Notes: generated by a model from the sequence alone, not told the origin. Positions 20,998 through 30,685 are shown, counted from the first letter of the stretch. The stretch is DNA of 64,000 bases from Patescibacteria group bacterium UBA6241 (GCA_002441425.1 DJWB01000001.1:105653-169652); one strand, 5' to 3'. Numbers and translations are program-made.

Positions 20998-21053
20998 GTG
21001 TTCTCTCCAGTTGCTACACAGTCAAAAGAACCCTACACCTATATTATAAAAAC

Positions 21054-21713
21054 TCAATCAAGCCCAAGTGCTTCAAGTATATGAAGGGGTTCAGTTACGA
21101 GTTCAGCGCCAAGCCGAATAAACTGATTCGCGCCAACACCATTAGGGTCTCCAATGCGGTGCGGGACACATAAAAGGTCTCTATCATATTCAGCAGTGAG
21201 TCTTGCTGTTATAAGTGTGCCTGAGCGCTCTCCCGCCTCAATAACAAGAACGGCATCAGACATGCCAACCATAAGACGATTGCGTGAAGGGAAGTCTGAG
21301 GGAAATGGAGTATGAAGAGGCTCTTGTTCTGAAAGAAGTCCCCCGCCCTGTGCAAGAATTTCTTGAGCGAGTCCTAGATTTGTTCTGGGAGCAATAACAG
21401 AATCATCAAGCCCTGACCCGGGTACGGCAAGTGTGTGAAGTCCTACGTTTAGTGCGGCCTCATGCGCACACGCGTCAGCACCAAGAGCAAGTCCGGAAAC
21501 TATGCTTATAGGGTACCCAGAAAGACCTTGTATAAGCATCTCGCAGATCTGCTTTCCATAGGGTGTGAGAGAGCGTGAACCTACTACTGCAAGAAGCTTG
21601 TGACCCTCTGGTGGCAGTGTTCCGCGAAGCCACAAGTGCTTTGGGGGATTGGGTATTTCGTTCAGAGACTTAGGGTAGTCCCGGGGAGTGAGTTGTCTCA
21701 TGTCCGTCGTCAT
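21054..21713 (-). CDS. dprA: DNA-processing protein DprA (core domain)
   Basis: AVVGSR, IVSGLALGAD, FPSRNR, SGTLITA. Confidence 0.95.
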   Translation of the reverse strand: MTTDMRQLTPRDYPKSLNEIPNPPKHLWLRGTLPPEGHKLLAVVGSRSLTPYGKQICEMLIQGLSGYPISIVSGLALGADACAHEAALNVGLHTLAVPGSGLDDSVIAPRTNLGLAQEILAQGGGLLSEQEPLHTPFPSDFPSRNRLMVGMSDAVLVIEAGERSGTLITARLTAEYDRDLLCVPHRIGDPNGVGANQFIRLGAELVTEPLHILEALGLD

Positions 21714-21738
21714 ACTATGCTTTCCTTATTATAGTCCT

Positions 21739-23010
21739 ATGTTAGACATACATTTCATTCGCGAGAACGCAGACCTGGTGAAAGCCGGAGCGGCAAAGAA
21801 GAATATCCAAGTAGATATTGATCGTCTGCTTGCGGTTGATGACGAGCGCAAACAACTGCGTCAGCAGCTAGACGATAAGAAAGCTGAGCAGAACCGCGCA
21901 AGCAAAACTATTGCACTCGCTAAAGATGAAGAGCGAGATCGTCTGCTTGAAGCAATGCGGTTCCTGAAGGAAGGAATGGGAGAGCTTGAGGAGAAGTACA
22001 AGGCTGCATTTGAAGAGTGGCAGAAGCTGATGCTGCTTGTGCCTAACTTGCCTGACATGACTGTGCCTGAAGGTGCAAGTGATGCAGATAACGTTGAGAC
22101 ACGTGTGTGGGGAGAGAAACCGTCTTTCCTATTTACACCAAAGACACACGTGGAGCTTATGGTGAATGCAGGGATGGCAGACTTTGAGCGGGGCGCTAAA
22201 GTTGCGGGATTCCGCGGATACTTCCTTAAGGGAGATGGTGCACTTCTTTCATACGCTATTTGGAGATTCCTTTCAGATCACTTTATACAAAAGGGAGGCT
22301 TCACTCCTATGATTGTGCCGTCTTTGGTGCGTCGTGAAGGATTCCTCGGTACGGGATATCTTCCACAAAGCGAAGAGGATCTATACAAAACACAAGATGG
22401 GGAATATCTCTCAGGAACTGCAGAGGTTGCAACCATGGCGTACCACCTGGACGAAGTGCTTGAGCGAAGTGCCTTCCCTATTAAGTATTTCTCTTTCTCC
22501 CCATGTTTTAGACGAGAAGTTGGTGCGCATGGAAAAGATACGAAAGGCCTCGTACGTGTGCATGAGTTTTATAAGTTTGAGCAAGTAGTACTCTGTGAAG
22601 CTTCACACGAGGAATCAGTGCGTCTGCATGAGGAACTTACCAAGAATGCAGAAGAAGCAATCCAGCTTCTCGGAATTCCATACCATGTCGTTATTAACTG
22701 CGGAGGAGACTTGGGTCTTGGACAGGTTAAGAAATACGATATTGAGTGCTGGATGCCTGGAGAGAATCAGTACCGCGAAACACATTCCTCTTCATACTTC
22801 CATGACTTCCAAACACGCAGACTAAACATTCGGTATCGTGACGAGGAAGGGAACATGCGTTTTGCACACTCTCTAAACAACACTGCGCTTGCAACTCCTC
22901 GCTTCCTTGCAGTTCTCGTAGAGAATTATCAGCAAGCTGATGGAACTATTCGTGTTCCAGAAGTACTCGTCCCGTATGTCGGCAAAGAAATCCTGGGACA
23001 TAGCGCCTAG
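21739..23010 (+). CDS. serS: seryl-tRNA synthetase
   Basis: MLDIHFIREN, GTAEV, CFRREVG, RVHEFYK, HSLNNT. Confidence 0.97.
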   Translation: MLDIHFIRENADLVKAGAAKKNIQVDIDRLLAVDDERKQLRQQLDDKKAEQNRASKTIALAKDEERDRLLEAMRFLKEGMGELEEKYKAAFEEWQKLMLLVPNLPDMTVPEGASDADNVETRVWGEKPSFLFTPKTHVELMVNAGMADFERGAKVAGFRGYFLKGDGALLSYAIWRFLSDHFIQKGGFTPMIVPSLVRREGFLGTGYLPQSEEDLYKTQDGEYLSGTAEVATMAYHLDEVLERSAFPIKYFSFSPCFRREVGAHGKDTKGLVRVHEFYKFEQVVLCEASHEESVRLHEELTKNAEEAIQLLGIPYHVVINCGGDLGLGQVKKYDIECWMPGENQYRETHSSSYFHDFQTRRLNIRYRDEEGNMRFAHSLNNTALATPRFLAVLVENYQQADGTIRVPEVLVPYVGKEILGHSA

Positions 23011-23941
23011 AGCACGTTCTGCGGCTGCAAAGCCTGCAGCTCGCTCTATGCACGATATTCAAGCGAAGCCTAAGGCTGCAACTATAGTTCCTGCCAGTAC
23101 ACGCAATGTAACTATCGCGCGTGGGAAGCAAGCAAAGAAAGAAAAGAGAACACCTTTAAAGAAGCAACGCAGCAAGAAGCGAAAGTTCTTTCTGATTGCG
23201 CTAGGGGTGCTGCTTGTTGTATTGCTTACCGTTGCTCTGTATGTCTTGTGGCTTCCTGTATTCCGCATGCATGAAGTGCGTGTAACTGGAGCACATCAGG
23301 AGGAGATTAAAGCAATCGCAGAACAGCAACTTGCAGGGAGTCACCTATTTATAGTGCCTCGCAACTCTCTATTCTTTATTCCTGAAAGCGAGATACGAAA
23401 TGCAGTTCTTAATGCGTATCCAGATATTGAAGCACTTTCTATTTCAGCAGACGGTCTCACCACACTTACCCTAAATGCAGTGAGTCGTGCGGAAGCATTT
23501 CTCTGGTGCGGAGAAACGCCAGACACGCCGAGCGATCCTTGCTACGAGGCAAATGCTGAGGGACTCATATTTGCAGCATCTGAAGCTCAAGCCTCAACCA
23601 CTCCTATACTTAAGGTATACGCAGCTCTTGAAGGAGTACAAGGAGAAACACCGCTCCGTGCACATGTTAGCTATGCTTCCCGAATTCCCGATGCGCTTAA
23701 GTTTGTAAAAGCCATGCAGCAGCTTCAGGCGAGTGTAGTTTCTGTTGCTATACGTAATGATGAAGCTGATTTGTACACTGCTTCAGGAACTCGCATAACG
23801 TATGTGCTTGGACATGAACAAGAAGCAGCTATAACTGCTGCAAGTATCTTCCCTCAACTAAATCTCAATGATGGAAGTGTTGAATACGTAGACCTTAGGT
23901 TCCCAGGGAAGGGATACTTTAAGAGAAGAGGAGACATATAA
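22976..23941 (+). CDS. ftsQ: cell division protein FtsQ/DivIB-like
   Basis: Basic N-tail, TM helix, POTRA-like segment, C-terminal EYVDLRF. Confidence 0.7.
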   Translation: MSAKKSWDIAPRARSAAAKPAARSMHDIQAKPKAATIVPASTRNVTIARGKQAKKEKRTPLKKQRSKKRKFFLIALGVLLVVLLTVALYVLWLPVFRMHEVRVTGAHQEEIKAIAEQQLAGSHLFIVPRNSLFFIPESEIRNAVLNAYPDIEALSISADGLTTLTLNAVSRAEAFLWCGETPDTPSDPCYEANAEGLIFAASEAQASTTPILKVYAALEGVQGETPLRAHVSYASRIPDALKFVKAMQQLQASVVSVAIRNDEADLYTASGTRITYVLGHEQEAAITAASIFPQLNLNDGSVEYVDLRFPGKGYFKRRGDI

Positions 23942-23958
23942 ATGAAAACACGCGGGGG

Positions 23959-24384
23959 TTAGACCGCGTGTCGTGCTGACTTGTAGAGATCAAGATCAAT
24001 GAGAGTCAGCATATCGTTTGTGTTGAAATCAATGCCTGTCATGTCGTCAAACCACACTTCCTTGAGCCTGCCCACCGCCTGAAGAGGCGGAGAAAGGTTC
24101 CCAACGATGTGTGTGTCTGAAAGACAAACGCGCGCCAAGACACTCAGTCTCTTTGGCTTGCGCTTTTTGTTGACGGACTTGCTTCTGACGACCTTGAGAT
24201 TGATGTGGTGTCCCGGGCGTGATGGAATGCCCGTGAACTTCTCTAGGCCCTCAGTAGCAATGTTCTTCCAGTCGCTTTCAGAAACTCCAGTCCCAGTGAA
24301 GTGCAAAAACCCCCAGAGACCATCATGTTCCTGAGCGAGGATTCCTCGCTGTGTGCCTACGATGAGGCGAACAGAAATCTTCAT
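23959..24384 (-). CDS. hypothetical protein
   Basis: ~141 aa ORF with GGAGG RBS before ATG at 24384; no recognisable motif. Confidence 0.55.
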   Translation of the reverse strand: MKISVRLIVGTQRGILAQEHDGLWGFLHFTGTGVSESDWKNIATEGLEKFTGIPSRPGHHINLKVVRSKSVNKKRKPKRLSVLARVCLSDTHIVGNLSPPLQAVGRLKEVWFDDMTGIDFNTNDMLTLIDLDLYKSARHAV

Positions 24385-24493
24385 CAGACGCCCCTCCAAT
24401 GCCTTGTCACAGGATTGTGACTAAAGCTCTGCAGGCACTCTACGTGAGCTCACCTGGATTGTCTAATTCAGAGGCTCCCAGTAGGATGGCCAC

Positions 24494-25465
24494 ATGGAAT
24501 CATTCTGGCAAAAGCTGAATAAACCCTTACTTGTACTCGCTCCCATGGCGGACGTAACTGATCCTGCGTACCGCAGGCTTATCGCTGAACACGCGGCCCC
24601 TTCAGTTATGTGGACAGAGTTTGTGTCAGCAGATGGTCTGTACCACACACGAGAGAAGGCAGGCATGAAAGACGAGGAGAATCCGCTTATGCGAGACTTG
24701 CAGTTTGGGGAGCGCGAGCGACCTATTGTTGCGCAGTTGTTTTCGTCCAAGCCCGAGATGATGTCATACGCTGCAAAGCTCTGTGTTGAACTTGGCTTTG
24801 ACGGAATTGATATCAATATGGGATGCCCAGATCGCTCCATTGAAAAGCAGGGATGTGGTGCGGCGATGATTAAGGACCCTGAGAATGCAAAGGCAATTAT
24901 TCGTGCAGCTCGTGAGTCAGGTCTCCCGGTTTCAGTGAAGACACGTATTGGCTACAATCAGGAGAGTATTGATACCTGGATTCCTGAATTACTCTCAGAA
25001 GCACCCGAAGCGCTTACGGTTCATTTGCGTACACGCAAAGAGATGTCAGCAGTCCCTGCGCACTGGGAGTTCATGGAGCGAGTTGTAGCGCTTAGGGATA
25101 CTCATAGTCCCGAAACACTGGTGCTTGGTAATGGAGATGTTAAGTCTCTGGAAGAAGCAAAGCAGAAGGTTAAGGAGACCGGATGCGACGGTGTTATGTT
25201 GGGACGTGCCATCTTCGGAAACCCCTGGCTTTTTACCGGCAGAGACTTCGCTGAAATTTCTCCCGAGGAACGCATTCAGGCACTTCGCACGCTGGCTGAA
25301 TACTTTAGCGAGCTAACGCCTGCAAAGCATTTTCATATTCTTAAAAAGCACTTTAAGGCTTTTATACAGGGCTGGCCTGGTGCTGCAGAGTTACGTTCTG
25401 AACTTATGCAAACAGGAAGCAGGGAAGAGTTGGAGGCAGTGTTGGAGCAACACGGCCTGGTATAA
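24494..25465 (+). CDS. tRNA-dihydrouridine synthase
   Basis: LAPMADVTD, DINMGCP, SVKTRIG, GNGDV, GVMLGR. Confidence 0.95.
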   Translation: MESFWQKLNKPLLVLAPMADVTDPAYRRLIAEHAAPSVMWTEFVSADGLYHTREKAGMKDEENPLMRDLQFGERERPIVAQLFSSKPEMMSYAAKLCVELGFDGIDINMGCPDRSIEKQGCGAAMIKDPENAKAIIRAARESGLPVSVKTRIGYNQESIDTWIPELLSEAPEALTVHLRTRKEMSAVPAHWEFMERVVALRDTHSPETLVLGNGDVKSLEEAKQKVKETGCDGVMLGRAIFGNPWLFTGRDFAEISPEERIQALRTLAEYFSELTPAKHFHILKKHFKAFIQGWPGAAELRSELMQTGSREELEAVLEQHGLV

Positions 25466-25473
25466 TCTTTGGC

Positions 25474-26508
25474 ATGAGACATCAATCTTTGTATAGAGCG
25501 TATAGGCCACAGGCCTTTAAGGAGGTGGTGGGACAGGACGAAGTCGTGCAGCCGCTCCTTACACAGATTGCAGGAAAGAAAGTAGGGCATGCCTATTTGT
25601 TTGCAGGATCACGAGGTCTTGGAAAGACATCTATCGCACGCATCTTTGCAAAGGAGCTTAACGTGCATGAACGAGATGTATATGAGCTTGATGCAGCTTC
25701 GCATAACGGAGTGGATGAGGTGCGTAGTTTGAATGACAGCATTTACACGCTGCCCTTTGCATCCGAATACAAGGTATACATTCTGGACGAGGCACACATG
25801 CTCTCTAAGGGTGCATGGAATGCGCTCCTAAAGACTCTTGAAGAGCCTCCCCAGCACGTCATTATTATTCTTGCTACTACGGAGCTAGAGAAAGTGCCTG
25901 AGACGGTACGTTCTCGCTGCCAGGTCTTTACGTTTAAGAAGCCTTCACGCTCTGGACTCGCAAAGCTCGTACAGGATGTTGCAAAGAAGGAGGGAGTTAA
26001 AATTGAACCTGCTGCAGCAGAGCTCATAGCACTTCTTGGAGACGGCTCATACAGAGACGCGCTTTCAGTGCTTGAGAAGGCACTGTCTGCAGGAGACGGA
26101 AAGGTGCTTTCAAGAGAGCAGACGGAGCAGGCAACAGGAGCTCCGCGACATGCGCTCGTACACGGACTTGCAGAAGCTGTCTCAACAGGAGATACAGGTA
26201 CTGCACTTAAGACTATTCATGCTGCGCAAGAGGGAAATATTGATATGCAGTTGTATCTAATGCTAGTGCTTGAATACTTCAGACAAATTCTGCTTATACG
26301 GCACGCACCAGAGCTTCAGAAAGAGATACAGGAGGAGTTGGGAGAAGACGCATACAAGGATGCAAAGGTGCTCTCTGATGCAAAAGATTCTTTACTTACA
26401 CATCAAGCTCTGGGCACTTTCCTAGACGCTGCATCTCGTATCAGGTTCTCCCCAGTACCTAGTCTTCCGCTAGAACTTGCAGTGCTCGCCATTTCCAGGC
26501 AGGATTAG
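25474..26508 (+). CDS. dnaX: DNA polymerase III subunit gamma/tau
   Basis: LYRAYRPQ, GSRGLGKTS, ELDAAS, LDEAHML, LLKTLEEPP, SRCQ. Confidence 0.96.
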   Translation: MRHQSLYRAYRPQAFKEVVGQDEVVQPLLTQIAGKKVGHAYLFAGSRGLGKTSIARIFAKELNVHERDVYELDAASHNGVDEVRSLNDSIYTLPFASEYKVYILDEAHMLSKGAWNALLKTLEEPPQHVIIILATTELEKVPETVRSRCQVFTFKKPSRSGLAKLVQDVAKKEGVKIEPAAAELIALLGDGSYRDALSVLEKALSAGDGKVLSREQTEQATGAPRHALVHGLAEAVSTGDTGTALKTIHAAQEGNIDMQLYLMLVLEYFRQILLIRHAPELQKEIQEELGEDAYKDAKVLSDAKDSLLTHQALGTFLDAASRIRFSPVPSLPLELAVLAISRQD

Positions 26509-26513
26509 GGAAT

Positions 26514-26584
26514 TGGGAGATCGTCTAATGGTAGGACAGCGGCCTTTGAAGCCGTGAATCTAGGTTCGATCCCTAGTCTCCCAG
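26514..26584 (+). tRNA. tRNA-Gln(TTG), anchor of the cassette array
   Basis: TGGGAGA/TCTCCCA acceptor stem, anticodon arm gcggc-ctTTGaa-gccgt, GGTTCGATCCC. Confidence 0.95.
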
Positions 26585-26683
26585 CAATAAGAAAGCTCAA
26601 ATAACAAAGCCCCACAACCGCATGATTGGGGGCTCCCGTGACGAAATCGGGCTACGTCTGCTTTTCTTACAGGGATTGAGGAC

Positions 26684-27169
26684 TCAGATGATCCCGTTGA
26701 GAATCTTTACGAGCTGGTCGATCGCTTCTCGCTGTTGGGCATCGTGAGTAACTTCGCAGAGGTCCAGCAAACTATCACAGCCTTCATCACATTGATGTGC
26801 TGAAAGGAACGCCTGACCGATGGCCTGCTTGCCACCGCTAATGCAAATCATGAAGTCACGAATCGGTTCGGAAACGTGGCTCATGACGTGAAGGCTGTAT
26901 CCGAAGGAATCCAGCAACTCTTCTGTGTTGATCGTGACCTCCGTGCCCATTTGCCTGCCAGCATTCTTAGCGGCTGCACCGATTGCATTCTTTACTCTGC
27001 CGACCACGTTCTGAATCAGTCTGGCTTGCTTATGTGCCAAACGTTCTTCATGTGACATCGAAAAAACCATTTCGAGATGAATATCAAGCAACATCGTAAC
27101 GTCCTTGGGAATGAGTTCAGCATCCCTACTGACTGCAGAAGTTGAACACTGCAGTTTGTCCGTGTGCAA
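26684..27169 (-). CDS. hypothetical protein (first cassette)
   Basis: 161 aa ORF; TTGACA promoter next to repeat R1; hairpin at 26608-26634. Confidence 0.65.
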   Translation of the reverse strand: MHTDKLQCSTSAVSRDAELIPKDVTMLLDIHLEMVFSMSHEERLAHKQARLIQNVVGRVKNAIGAAAKNAGRQMGTEVTINTEELLDSFGYSLHVMSHVSEPIRDFMICISGGKQAIGQAFLSAHQCDEGCDSLLDLCEVTHDAQQREAIDQLVKILNGII

Positions 27170-27204
27170 TATGCTTTATTTATATAGATATGTCAAGTAT
27201 AAAA

Positions 27205-27231
27205 GTTCCAACATCGTCCCATACCCCCAGC
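27205..27231 (+). repeat. cassette repeat R1
   Basis: gttccaacatcgtcccatacccccagc. Confidence 0.95.
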
Positions 27232-27248
27232 CAATGTATACTCGTGGT

Positions 27249-27578
27249 ATGCCAACAGCTAACATCTATTTCAGTGGTCAGGATAATGTTGAGGCACTTC
27301 AGGCTCTTATTCCTGACCTTAAGACGTATCTCGCACAGGAACTTTCTTGCAGCGACATTTCCCTCACATCAGAAGAGATTAGCATTCGATTTATTACAAA
27401 TACCGGCCCCAATATGATTGGCGATGTAGAGGTTCAGATATCGGCCCATTCATTCCCAGAACGCATTCAAAAGCAGGATCAAGTATGTCTCGACGTAATG
27501 AAATGGCTCCAAGATCGAACTGAGGTAAAGAACATTAAGGTCTGGCTTCAGCTCTCTAAGCTAGGACATAGTTGGTAG
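27249..27578 (+). CDS. hypothetical protein, possible tautomerase/MIF fold
   Basis: Met-Pro start, 109 aa; TATACT just upstream of ATG. Confidence 0.55.
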   Translation: MPTANIYFSGQDNVEALQALIPDLKTYLAQELSCSDISLTSEEISIRFITNTGPNMIGDVEVQISAHSFPERIQKQDQVCLDVMKWLQDRTEVKNIKVWLQLSKLGHSW

Positions 27579-27654
27579 GTTCGTTAATCTTAAGCAGTTT
27601 CGTGCAGATTTGACATAGTAAGTTTTAGTGATAAAAATCATTCGGAGGTGCGAA

Positions 27655-28020
27655 ATGGCAACAATCCTTATTGTCGAAGATACGCCGCTATACCAGCGAG
27701 GGTATCAAAGGGAGCTCGCAGAGCATACCTTGATCATCGCAGGGACTTCGGCTGTCGCCCGGGCTGAATTCGCCCGAATGCAGCATACGATCGATATCAT
27801 CATCCTCGATGGTGAGCTCGCTTCGATGGACCCCGAACGGGACACTGTCGATATGGCGAGCGACTTCCGTGCCGCAGGCTTTACGGGTCCGATGATCGCT
27901 GCGAGCAGCAACCCGTACATCATGAACCAGCTCATGGAGAAGAATCGGTGCTCGCACCGAGCCAGCCCCAAGTCTGATGTCCAAGACCTGGTCAACCAGA
28001 TCCTCGAGAACCGCCCTTAA
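27655..28020 (+). CDS. stand-alone response regulator receiver domain
   Basis: ILIVED...IIILDG...MIAASS...K; GGAGG RBS. Confidence 0.8.
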   Translation: MATILIVEDTPLYQRGYQRELAEHTLIIAGTSAVARAEFARMQHTIDIIILDGELASMDPERDTVDMASDFRAAGFTGPMIAASSNPYIMNQLMEKNRCSHRASPKSDVQDLVNQILENRP

Positions 28021-28056
28021 CCGAGCGGTTTTTCATTTACCGAAAGACTCAGAAGG

Positions 28057-28083
28057 GTTCCAACATCGTCCCAGACTGCCAGC
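28057..28083 (+). repeat. cassette repeat R2
   Basis: gttccaacatcgtcccagactgccagc. Confidence 0.95.
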
Positions 28084-28104
28084 AACTTTGGTACACTTAT
28101 TTGT

Positions 28105-28521
28105 ATGGAGAAAATAGACGAGCAAATTCTACTCACAGAGAGCTTTGATGTGCATCAGGATTGGGAAACCCCAATACCAGGATTTTATATAGTCGCATCG
28201 AGAGATCTCTCCAAAAAGTCTGTCGCAGATTTTACTGACGCTGAATCAGTTGAACTAGCGCTCCTTCTTAAGCGAGTAAGAAAAGCGATGAGTGAAGCTC
28301 TGGGTATAGAGGTTGTGTACTTTTTTGAGAACGAAGATACGGAGCATAGTTTTCATTTCTGGATGTTTCCACGACATGCATGGATGAATCAGTTTGGACC
28401 AAAGGTTCAGTCAATACGGCCAATTATTGAATTCGCTCGACAAACTATGGCAACTCAAGAAACTCTGGCTGAGGTTAAGGAGGCGGCAGAAAAGATGCGA
28501 CTTGTCCTAAAGGAGGGATAA
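28105..28521 (+). CDS. HIT-family hydrolase
   Basis: PIPGFYIV and HSFHFWMFPRH motif. Confidence 0.8.
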   Translation: MEKIDEQILLTESFDVHQDWETPIPGFYIVASRDLSKKSVADFTDAESVELALLLKRVRKAMSEALGIEVVYFFENEDTEHSFHFWMFPRHAWMNQFGPKVQSIRPIIEFARQTMATQETLAEVKEAAEKMRLVLKEG

Positions 28522-28526
28522 AATAG

Positions 28527-28553
28527 GTTCCAACATCGTCCCACACAGCCAGC
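28527..28553 (+). repeat. cassette repeat R3
   Basis: gttccaacatcgtcccacacagccagc. Confidence 0.95.
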
Positions 28554-28706
28554 ATTATTGACAAGCATGTTTATTGTTTGTATTGTACAAACTTAGTTCT
28601 TTGAACACGTTCGCCACAACGCAGGGCACCCTATTTTTAGGATTCTGTGCGCTGTGGCGAATCTGAGATCAGGTTTGTTTGAACGGCGCTGTAAAACCAC
28701 TCAGCA

Positions 28707-29165
28707 ATGGAGTTTCCTATGAGTGAACAACAGTCCTTCCGCGGTCAGGTGGATCGCATGCTGGGACAAATCGTCACCCACGGTCGCCATCTCGAAGGAT
28801 GGACGTCTGAGGATCGGCAGTGGGTGATCGAATATCCGGTTCCGGCCCTCATACTCTTCGCGAAGGCGGTCAGAGAGCGGGATTCAATTCGGGAACCAAA
28901 GCCCGGTGCGGTCGACCTCCTGATCAAGGACGTCTTCACTGTTGAGAAGGCGGGACAGATTGGATCCACGAGTAATGCCAACGCTCGGGTTCTCAATCTG
29001 ACGGAAGAACGTCCGCTCGGTGCCCTTGGGCCGATCAAGACACTCGGCGAGCTAGCCGGGTACCGAGAGAACGTTTTGAGACACGAGCCTAATATGGGAG
29101 ACCAGACCATCTCCTACATCAAGGCCGTCTTGGCAGAGCATGGTCTCAGTTTAAGTTCGCAATAA
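28707..29165 (+). CDS. protein with RNA polymerase alpha-CTD-like domain
   Basis: C-terminal IKTLGELAGYRENVLRHEPNMGDQTISYIKAVLAEHGLSL fits alpha-CTD pattern. Confidence 0.65.
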   Translation: MEFPMSEQQSFRGQVDRMLGQIVTHGRHLEGWTSEDRQWVIEYPVPALILFAKAVRERDSIREPKPGAVDLLIKDVFTVEKAGQIGSTSNANARVLNLTEERPLGALGPIKTLGELAGYRENVLRHEPNMGDQTISYIKAVLAEHGLSLSSQ

Positions 29166-29222
29166 GATCATCATGGGCTGTCTGTTTCCGAAAGGGAATG
29201 GCGGCCCTTTTACTTAATAAAA

Positions 29223-29249
29223 GTTCCAACATCGTCCCACACACCCAGC
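29223..29249 (+). repeat. cassette repeat R4
   Basis: gttccaacatcgtcccacacacccagc. Confidence 0.95.
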
Positions 29250-29284
29250 TATAAAAAAACCGCCCACGGCTCTTGAGGCGGTTG

Positions 29285-29626
29285 TTACGGCTTGGTCAGT
29301 TCTTCAAGAACGATATCGAGGACCGTTGTTCTCAGCCATTTCTCGAAAGTGGCTGGGTTAAAAAGGTAAGTCGGTTCTATATTGCCGGGCTCGATCTTCC
29401 TTGAAATGGTTGTTCGTGTCCAGATACCCATCATGCCGTTGGCAGGGAAGTAAACCAGAGATAAACAGAACCAAGGATGTCCTTCCCTTGTTCCCTCTAT
29501 GTCATACCGGAGGTAGTACTTTTCCTTTTCGTTACCGGACTCTATCTCAACATCGCAACATAGAGGCTCTGCGAAGTGAGACAAAATAGTCAGAAGCGAG
29601 TCAGGACCTTCAAGATCTGTCGTCAT
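29285..29626 (-). CDS. hypothetical protein
   Basis: AGGAG RBS before ATG 29626; terminator-like hairpin 29254-29283. Confidence 0.65.
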   Translation of the reverse strand: MTTDLEGPDSLLTILSHFAEPLCCDVEIESGNEKEKYYLRYDIEGTREGHPWFCLSLVYFPANGMMGIWTRTTISRKIEPGNIEPTYLFNPATFEKWLRTTVLDIVLEELTKP

Positions 29627-29677
29627 GTGCGACTCCTGTAGCGAATCTAGACAGAACCTACCACATGCTGAAGAAAG

Positions 29678-29704
29678 GTTCCAACATCGTCCCACACAGC
29701 CAGC
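29678..29704 (+). repeat. cassette repeat R5
   Basis: gttccaacatcgtcccacacagccagc (identical to R3, R6). Confidence 0.95.
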
Positions 29705-29724
29705 AGAGGTTGTATAATAGTTGC

Positions 29725-30120
29725 ATGAAGAATTCTTTTGGAATGAGGCCTCCTGCTAGGAACGAGCGCCCAGTTTCTGAAGCAAGAGAAATAACCCCAG
29801 CCCAGGTTCCTGATTTCGTTAAATCAGAGTTTAAGAGACTGAGAGATCAAATACTCCAAGAATCCGATGGCGCAGAACTGAAGGATAAGAAAGGATTGGT
29901 GGAGAATCTAGAAGATGGGGTCGAGCGTTATATTTTAGTTAATGAATTGCGAGACTCAGATACCCGGGCACATACTCAAGCCAGCCCATTTATGAATTTG
30001 ACTCCAAGCGGAACGTATAAGGAAATACACATGATTGTGGACGTAAAGAACGGAACTATAACTAAGTCCGAAATGAATAGAAACCCCGATCCCTCATGGT
30101 TCTCTATGAGGTATAGCTAA
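29725..30120 (+). CDS. hypothetical protein
   Basis: TATAAT just upstream of ATG; stop 4 nt before R6. Confidence 0.7.
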   Translation: MKNSFGMRPPARNERPVSEAREITPAQVPDFVKSEFKRLRDQILQESDGAELKDKKGLVENLEDGVERYILVNELRDSDTRAHTQASPFMNLTPSGTYKEIHMIVDVKNGTITKSEMNRNPDPSWFSMRYS

Positions 30121-30124
30121 GAAG

Positions 30125-30151
30125 GTTCCAACATCGTCCCACACAGCCAGC
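30125..30151 (+). repeat. cassette repeat R6
   Basis: gttccaacatcgtcccacacagccagc. Confidence 0.95.
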
Positions 30152-30172
30152 AACGAATGCTACACTTTTGTC

Positions 30173-30631
30173 ATGCGAACTGTTGAACGAGAGATCGCCT
30201 CTGCGCTCATCTTCTCAAAAGACGGGAAGCTCCTGCAGGTTAAGAATGCTGAACCTGTGCACGGAGTGTATGGAGAATGTTGGGTTATACCTGGCGGCGG
30301 TCTCGAAGAGGGAGAGACAGTGGAAGAGGCCGTGGTACGCGAAGTGATGGAGGAAGTCGGTCTAGATATCTCTTCTTCTCCGAAGGAATTAGTATGGACA
30401 GGCAACGGGGAATCGACCCGGATCCTCAAAGATACGGGCGAGGAGGTGCTCGTAAAGATGCGCTTCAACAACTTTAAAGTTCAGCTTGAAGAGAACGCAG
30501 AAGATATCCAGCTTACGTTTGGTGACGAACACCATGTGCATATATGGACCGATGTATCTGAGCTGAAGAACATGAGCCTCTCTCGACCATCTATAGAATG
30601 CCTGACTGAGCTTGGTTATTTACCGAGCTGA
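30173..30631 (+). CDS. NUDIX hydrolase
   Basis: Nudix box GGGLEEGETVEEAVVREVMEEVG. Confidence 0.92.
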   Translation: MRTVEREIASALIFSKDGKLLQVKNAEPVHGVYGECWVIPGGGLEEGETVEEAVVREVMEEVGLDISSSPKELVWTGNGESTRILKDTGEEVLVKMRFNNFKVQLEENAEDIQLTFGDEHHVHIWTDVSELKNMSLSRPSIECLTELGYLPS

Positions 30632-30636
30632 TTCTG

Positions 30637-30663
30637 GTTCCAACATCGTCCCAGACTGCCAGC
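30637..30663 (+). repeat. cassette repeat R7
   Basis: gttccaacatcgtcccagactgccagc (identical to R2). Confidence 0.95.
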
Positions 30664-30685
30664 CATCTATGTTAGGATTGGTTGA

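Noticed and set aside
27089-27097. CAACATCGT match to the repeat core
   Set aside because: Only 9 bp and inside a coding region; flanks do not match.
27105-29724. ORF-track N-terminal extensions through repeats (SNIVPYPQ, SNIVPHSQ, MGRCWN)
   Set aside because: Longest-ORF artefacts; better starts exist at 27249, 29725 and 29626 with -10 or RBS signals, and these frames are not conserved at the amino-acid level across copies.
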